This document shows, in pieces, positions 57,126 through 64,000 of a stretch of DNA of 64,000 nt. Origin of the DNA: Octopus vulgaris (taxonomy: Eukaryota). Every line of letters starts with the position of its first letter. Positions within the stretch are counted from its first letter, which is position 1. The notes below the pieces were generated by a model. It had not been told where the DNA came from and did not search any database. It worked only from the letters and a program-made list of their open reading frames with translations. The stretch is from the NCBI GenBank assembly GCA_951406725.2, contig OX597819.1, forward strand, positions 132,370,001 to 132,434,000. Reading direction: 5' to 3'. The position numbers and the translations under genes were made by a program.

Positions 57126-57454
57126 TCTATAAATTTCCTCTTCAGTGTCCAGTGGATGAAAGTTTATAGCGGAATGTTATCCATCTTTTATGGTTTATTC
57201 AGACAGAGGTGGGGGGGTAGGGGTGGAGTGGGAACAGAACTGAAACTTAACACGTAGCTTACCCTCAGACGAAAGGCATTTGCTTGTATTAAAAGTGAAC
57301 AACAGTAAAATTAGCGAAGGAATGAAGACCACGACATCCAATATTATAAAATAGCAAATGAATATCCTTCCTTGCATATTAACTTACAAATTCAAAATTC
57401 TAATATGTGTGTGTGTGTATACATATATATATGTATGTATATGTATCTCTTTCT

Positions 57455-57852
57455 CTTTCTCTTTTACTTGTTTCAGTCATTTGACTGCGGCCATGCTGGA
57501 GCATCACCTTTAGTCGAGCAAATCGACCCCAGGACTTATTCTTTGGAAGCCTAGTACTTATTCTATCGGTCTCTTTTGCCGAACCGCTAAGTTACGGTGA
57601 CATGAACACACCACTATCGGTTGTCAAGCGATGTTGGGGGGGGGGGACAAACACAGTCACACAAACATATACACACATATGTATATATATGTATATATAT
57701 ATACATATATACGATGGGCTTCTTTCAGTTTCCGTCTACCAAACCCTGAGTCTATAGTAGAAGACACTTGCCCAAGGTGCCACGCAGTGGGAATGAACCC
57801 GGAACCATGTGGTTGGTAAGTAAGCTACTTACCACACAGCCGCTCCTGCGCT
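57455..57852 (-). mobile_element. CORE-type SINE copy; another at 47955-48255
   Basis: Reverse complement of the 7509-7930 family. Confidence 0.85.
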
Positions 57853-57877
57853 TATAAAGAATATATATCATATATAA

Positions 57878-57959
<82 letters not shown>

Positions 57960-58894
57960 TAAAAATATTCCGAAAGAACGGAGACATCAATTGAATTTCA
58001 ACGGCGAAAATATTTGCTGTTTAATCTCTGGTTTATCCGAGATATCTTTATAGACTTCATATTATTTTAGGTTGCAATAAGTTTCTTAGTTTCGCCAATT
58101 CTTAAATCTTCAGACGCGTTGATTTGATTATTTTTAATACCGTCGCAGAGTATGGCTTCTATGCTTTCGTTCTTACTTGTGATTCTTTGAATTAAAACAC
58201 ATTGAAAATTACTGAGATAAGGAATTATTGTTTTTTTCTTTTTCAAATTCTTCGTTTACCGTTTTCCTTTTGCAAAAGAACAATATCTGATTCTTTTTAC
58301 AATAGAAAAAAACAAAAACTAATTAGATTTGATATATGATGCTAACTGTTATTTTTAATTATTACTATAATTTTAATGAGTCATTTATGAACGATGGCAA
58401 CACTGCTAGTAATTGAGAAGTTCTTAGATTTATGTCTCTGTACTGGAGTGTTCCTCGTCATATGACGATGGGTAACTTTGGAAATATGCTTTGGCCATCA
58501 TGGTAATATAAAAAAAAATATGGCAGACATACAATAATTATAATTTTAACTGTTTCCAAAATTCTTTGTGCTGATACAAAATGATGAAGTGAATGCTAAT
58601 ATCCAGAAGAAAAATATGGATTGGATTAAAATCTAAATAAAACAAACTTCTAATTTGGGTACCTCCACTCATGACTGCTCTCTCATTTATTTCCTTTCCT
58701 CCTCTCCTCTCATCCTGCACCTCTTCTGTTAACTCTGTGTGTCTGTCTGTCTGTCTTTCTTTCTCTCTTTCTCTCCCCCTCTATCAATACGATGTAAAGA
58801 GTGACCAACGAAGGAAACCAACCAACCAACCAATCAACATTTACATTATTATTATTATTATTAGTAGTAGTAAAAAAAATTATTATTAATATGT

Positions 58895-59110
58895 AAGGTA
58901 GTAAGCTGGCAGAATCGTTAGCACGCTGGACGAAATATTTAGCGGGATTTCGCCCGTCGCTACGTTCTGAGTTCAAATTCCGCCGAGGTCGACTTTGCCT
59001 TCCATCCTTTCGGGCTTGATAAATTGAGTTTCCGACCCTCAAGTTTCAAGCCTTGTGCCTTTAGTAGAAAAGGAGTATTTCTTTCTTTATTGCCTACAAG
59101 GGGCGGAACA
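58895..59110 (+). mobile_element. Nin-domain SINE; degenerate relatives near 9000, 13030, 19550, 39400, 51330 and 56270
   Basis: GCTGGCAGAATCGTTAGCACGC head and GAGGTCGACTTTGCCTTCCATCC. Confidence 0.75.
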
Positions 59111-59149
59111 TATTGTTATTTAAGACGTCTCAGTGTGTTTAATATTGTG

Positions 59150-61075
59150 AGGTTGTTGATTGAAGACATTGCGTGTTGCGGGGGTTTGTAGGGTCAAGTC
59201 ACAACTTTACGCAATATGCACGCAGTTCCAAGTAATGCTGACTTTTGCAATACATCTAGATTGTAGGGTATTTCTAAGATTTTCCAAATGTTTTTCAGGT
59301 TGGTTGGTATTGAACCCAATGCTCCGATGACAATAGGGATAACCTTTATGTTTGACTCTCGTAGCTGACTCATCTTAGCGATCTCAATTCTCAGCTCTCC
59401 ATATTCATCAACCTTTTCTCTTTCTTTCATGATGCTATGTTGATCTCTTGGCACTGCCACATAGATTATTGGGCACTCGTTTCTCCTTCCTAAAGGTTAC
59501 TACATCCGGCCTTTGGTGCTCTAATACCTTGTCTGTATGGAAGTCAAAGTCGCAGAGGATTTTTAGCTTCCTCTTTTCGTCCATTACCTTTTCCGGTATA
59601 TGTTGGTACAAAGCACCTGTAACCTCATATCCATACTTACAGCAAAGTAGCCAGTGGAGGTTTTGGGCTACCTTGTCGTGTCTATGCTTGTTCTCTCTCT
59701 GCGCAGGACTTTCACAAGCACTAACAATGTGAGTCACTCTTATGACCCTCTTCCCACACATTTTGCACTTGTGTGGTATATACTCTCCTTCACTGAGTTG
59801 GTATTCAATGCCTGATCCTGGGCAGCGATGATTAGGCTTTCAGTATTCTTTTTCAGGTCACCCTTGTTAAGCCACCTCCATGATGCTTCCTGGTCTTTTA
59901 ATTTGTTGCTTTCATGGTGGAACTGACCATGTAATTCCATGCGGAGTAGGGTTTCTTCTCTCGCGTTGGCTGTTCTTGATAGGAATTCATGAGCACTCTC
60001 AAGTCCATTTTTGGTAAACCCTTCTGCATTAACAGTATACTGTAGGAGGTCTTCTTTGCTGTTTACCAAATATCCTGCCATGTTTCTTCTTTCACTGTTG
60101 ATGCCCTCCCGTACGCTAATCAGCTTACGTCCATCTTTAGCCCTCGTCATGCAGAGCCTGTGTACATTCGTCTTAGGATGGAGGGAACCATGCATTGTCA
60201 TTGTCCTTTTGGTAGTGCGATCGAGTTGGTCAATCTCTGCTTGAGTCCATTTCTGGATGGGTGCACCACAGCGGACCACAGCAACAACCCAAATGTTGAT
60301 GGCAGTCATAAGGATCCTTGAGTTGGGCTTTGATTTCAAGAGAAGCTTGTAACGCTTGAAATATGCAGGGATGACCTTGTCTTCCATTTCTTTATGCAAG
60401 ATATTGTCCAGCTCCAGGATCCCATCATCATCCGGGTCTTCCGTCTTCTCTTCGTTTGGCAATGCTATGCCCCTACAATCTGCCCGTTTCATAGAAAGCA
60501 CCGCACATTTCGAGATACCGAATTCTATCTCTATATCCTTACTGCACAAGTGCAGTCTCAACCAGCCTCTCCATTTCGGCCTCTGTTTTTTGCGAACGGT
60601 TTTAAACCAGGCATGAAAAGAAGATGGTTGAGACGAGGTTTATTCTTTCTCAGCTCATAGTGAACGTTAACTTTGCGTAAGTCTCCAGAAGATGGGATCA
60701 AAGCTATAACAAATAACAAAGGTGAAGGTGAACGAGAGTATCTCTGGACGATACCTCTTTTGATTGTTGCCTCGGCTAAGTGCTGGTTGTTACAAGGAAA
60801 GACTTGATTTCCAACTAGTCGTGCTGTTCTTAATCAGTGCGCACACGTTCTCAGCTATTCCACACATGTCGTTTCCAAAACCCACCAATGCGGCAGCATG
60901 TCGCAAGCCTTTTTAAAAGCTCTCCAGGCCATGCACAAGTTTTCTTGGTACCGTTTACAGTTCTCCATTATAACCTTGTTTATCACAAGGTGGTCCTTGG
61001 TGCCCTCGGGTCCTTTTCAGCATCCCTTTTATTCTACTGGAACTAGATTGTTTTCCTCAAGAAGCGTAAATATTT
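59150..61075 (-). pseudogene. R4/Dong-type LINE, decayed
   Basis: IEFGISKC, MHGSLHPK, LHGQF, AAQDQALNT, HIVSAC..HRHDKVA, RPDVV, IPIVIGALG, QKSALLGTACILRK. Confidence 0.9.
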
Positions 61076-61239
61076 CCCCTGCGAGGATACCTGTTATCAT
61101 CGTCATCATCGTCATCATCGTCGTCGTCATCGTCGTCGTCGTTGTTGTTGTTATTGAGTGAGAGAGAAGAGCACGCCATCAAAGTGACACTGGGGTACAA
61201 ATGTACTACTACTACTACTGCTACTACTACTACTACTAT

Positions 61240-61810
61240 TTTATTTTTCAGAGCTCTCGGTCTTACTCTGTTTGATTCTGTGAGAGCGGACAGCAACCTG
61301 TTGTCAGAGTTCTATCAGGGTCTTTTCCGCAAGCTATAAGCTTTGGTACTTGGATGTTGCCTATTGCGAAAGACACTCAACAATGAAGCACCAATATCAA
61401 AATCCTAGCTGTCCCCCAATAGAGCAGTTTTTTTTGCGGGAGAGGGACCCTGCTCTGCCCTCATGACAATACGAATTTCTCCGACATATTTCTCGAACTT
61501 GATTCCTAGTGCTCCGAGAGCCCTAACCCTAACCCTACAACTCCTGGAATCACAGACACTCTCCTCATAGTCCATATTCTTGCAATTTCATCTTTTAGTA
61601 GTCTCTGCATTTCTCCATCTTTTCCAGATCTTTGTCACCCACGCGCGCAATACCAAGTATGGCGATATCTACGATTTTAGCTTCCTTTTCTTCTTTCCTC
61701 TACTAGAACGATGTCTGCTCTTCGATCACCAATCACTGAATCACACTGGATTGTAAAATCCCACAAGATCATTCATTACTCTCGGTGACACCTTCTGATT
61801 GATGCTAGCT
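61240..61810 (-). pseudogene. 3' RLE end of another R4/Dong-type LINE
   Basis: Minus strand: ILWDFTIQCD..RRADIV..IVDIAI..TALLGTARIL, a 3' UTR and a (TAG)n tail. Confidence 0.75.
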
Positions 61811-61865
61811 ACACTTTCAATGTCCTTTCAAGACCATACTTCACACACACACACACACACACACA

Positions 61866-62482
61866 CCCACACCACACCACACCACACCACACCACACCAC
61901 ACCACACCACACCACACCACACCACACCACACCACACCACACCACACCACACCACACCACACCACACCACACCACACCACACCACACCACACCACACCGC
62001 ACCACACCACACCACACCACACCACACAGCTCCACACCACACCACACCACACCACACCACACCACACCACACCACACCACACCACACCACACCACACCAC
62101 ACCACACCACACCACACCACACCACACCACACCACACCACACCACACCACACCACACCACACCACACCACACCACACCACACCACACCACACCACACCAC
62201 ACCACACCACACCACACCACACCACACCACACCACACCACACCACACCACACCACACCACACCACACCACACCACACCACACCACACCACACCACACCAC
62301 ACCACACCACACCACACCACACCACACCACACCACACCACACCACACCACACCACACCACACCACACCACACCACACCACACCACACCACACCACACCAC
62401 ACCACACCACACCACACCACACCACATCACATCACACCACACCACACCACATCACATCACATCACATCACATCACATCACAT
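61866..62482. repeat. (CACAC)n pentanucleotide satellite grading into (CACAT)n
   Basis: About 120 units of accac. Confidence 0.95.
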
Positions 62483-62509
62483 CCATACCCAGCTACATTG
62501 TATTCTTCT

Positions 62510-63035
62510 TGGGACAATTTCCTACACTCACTTAGAACATTTGCAGCTCCCGGCGAACAGTTTTTGTGGGTTCTCGGGATGGTCATTAAGCTCTGCAGTA
62601 ATTTTAGGAGCTGTACTTTTGTGATCCTTTTTCTAACAATTTGCGTAAGAATCCCACGGTCCCTATCTGAAAGTTTTGGTTTTCTTCCGGAGTTTTGTTT
62701 CGACGAGGAGGTTTTTCCCTCTTTCTCAAAGGTTATAATTACTTTCGAGAGAGTTCTTCTTGATACACCGAACATTTCGGCTGTTTTCGTTACGCTAGCA
62801 TCTGCCATACGAGCACCTACAATTTGACCTCTTTGAAAGTCCGATAGATCTGTCATTTTAATGAATTTTAATTACCTTTTTCTAATGATTTCTGAAAAGA
62901 AACAGCAATTTTAGCAAAACATATTAAACAACACTAAAAATAAATAAAAAAACATAAAAATAAACAAGCTTCTGACGGTTTTATAGATATTTCAAAATTA
63001 TGATGCTAGGTGTTTCCATATTTTGTCCAACCCTG
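62510..63035 (-). mobile_element. 5' portion of a Tc1-like transposon
   Basis: TA + CAGGGTTGGACAAAATATGGAAACACC terminus, and HTH peptide MTDLSDFQRGQIVGARM..SGRKPKLSDRD. Confidence 0.85.
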
Positions 63036-63134
63036 TACATATGTATATATATATATATATTATTAGCATTGCTGTGGAATGTTGGCGATTTCTTTCCTCT
63101 GTCTTCTTTTTCTCTAGGACTTTCCTCTGTCTCC

Positions 63135-63171
63135 TGTTTCTGAAGAAGAGCTTTGCTTGAAACGTAAAACA
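63135..63171 (+). ncRNA. Minimal hammerhead motif with canonical core
   Basis: tgttt-CTGAAGA-a-gagc(ttt)gctt-GAA-ACGT-A-aaaca. Confidence 0.7.
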
Positions 63172-64000
63172 TCCTTTCTTTCCTTCCCTGAGCGTCTTTT
63201 AATACTTTGCATGTACCATGTTCTCGCTTCTTGTTGTTTTTTTCTTGTGTTTTCGTTTTTTTAATTAACTATATGTATTCACGTGCATATACATTTATAC
63301 ATATAATTCCCTTTTACAGGATTCCTCTCACAAGGCTTTGGGCAACCCGTGGCTACAAAAGAAGAATTCTGTTCAAGATTATTTCATTGGCTACTTCATC
63401 TTTTAATATGGATAGCTTAAATAGTCTCGTTGTTTAGACACAAGATTTGCGACAGTTGAATATTTTGAGTTTGCGGGCAAGAATCTTTGCCCCCAGATAG
63501 AAAACATTTTATTTCATGGCACAGCGTTTCTTCCAATCTTTGATATCTGCCTTGAAGAAAAAAAAAAAAGCAACCCAAAAACCAAGAAAAGTAAAATCTT
63601 CGTAAATCTTTGAAGAAGTAAAAGATGAAAGCGAGATATAAAATAAGCTGCTTCCCAGATATAAAATATAATTTTCTGAGAATTCATTAACCAAAAGCTG
63701 ATGTTCATAAAACTATTCTCTGAAGTTCACGTAAAATAAAGTGATCGAACGCTTGAGAGTCAATAACAACAAACTGATAATTTCCGCTGCCGAGTTGTCT
63801 AAACAAAGGGCTTCAACTCAGAGTTTGAAGATCAAAGAAAACTGCAAAATCGAATGAATTCATATTTATTTATTATCGTTTCTTTAATCCTAAATAATTT
63901 TACAAGTGTGTTAATAGAATATCGTGATCTTCATGTTGTTCTCACAATTATTAACGGCCTTATTGGAGGAGAATGAGTTGAGCGAATGAAAGAAACACCA

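Noticed and set aside
61799-62827. 342-aa His/Thr/Pro ORF and antisense VVWCG ORFs
   Set aside because: Pentanucleotide satellite read-through.

Overview
This is AT-rich, repeat-saturated eukaryotic DNA with no supportable host protein-coding gene. The SINE types and microsatellite load point to a coleoid cephalopod, most likely Octopus; that assignment is my inference. Nearly all ORF-track entries are microsatellite artefacts. Recognisable content: many tRNA-derived SINEs (CORE-, Nin- and Meta-type domains); at least seven decayed R4/Dong-type RLE LINE fragments at trinucleotide repeats; a deleted Tx1/L1-like element; an RTE fragment; two Tc1 remnants; a hAT MITE; non-autonomous Helitrons; minisatellites; and a ~4.2 kb (TTC)n tract. 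The most notable signal is a set of minimal type-I hammerhead ribozyme motifs, about seven well-formed loci plus degenerate ones. They lie in AT-rich Penelope-like remnants at (TA)n repeats, often within long inverted repeats. They include a natural G3-C8 core swap, U6 variants and very long stem II forms. All motifs were parsed by eye, and activity is untested.
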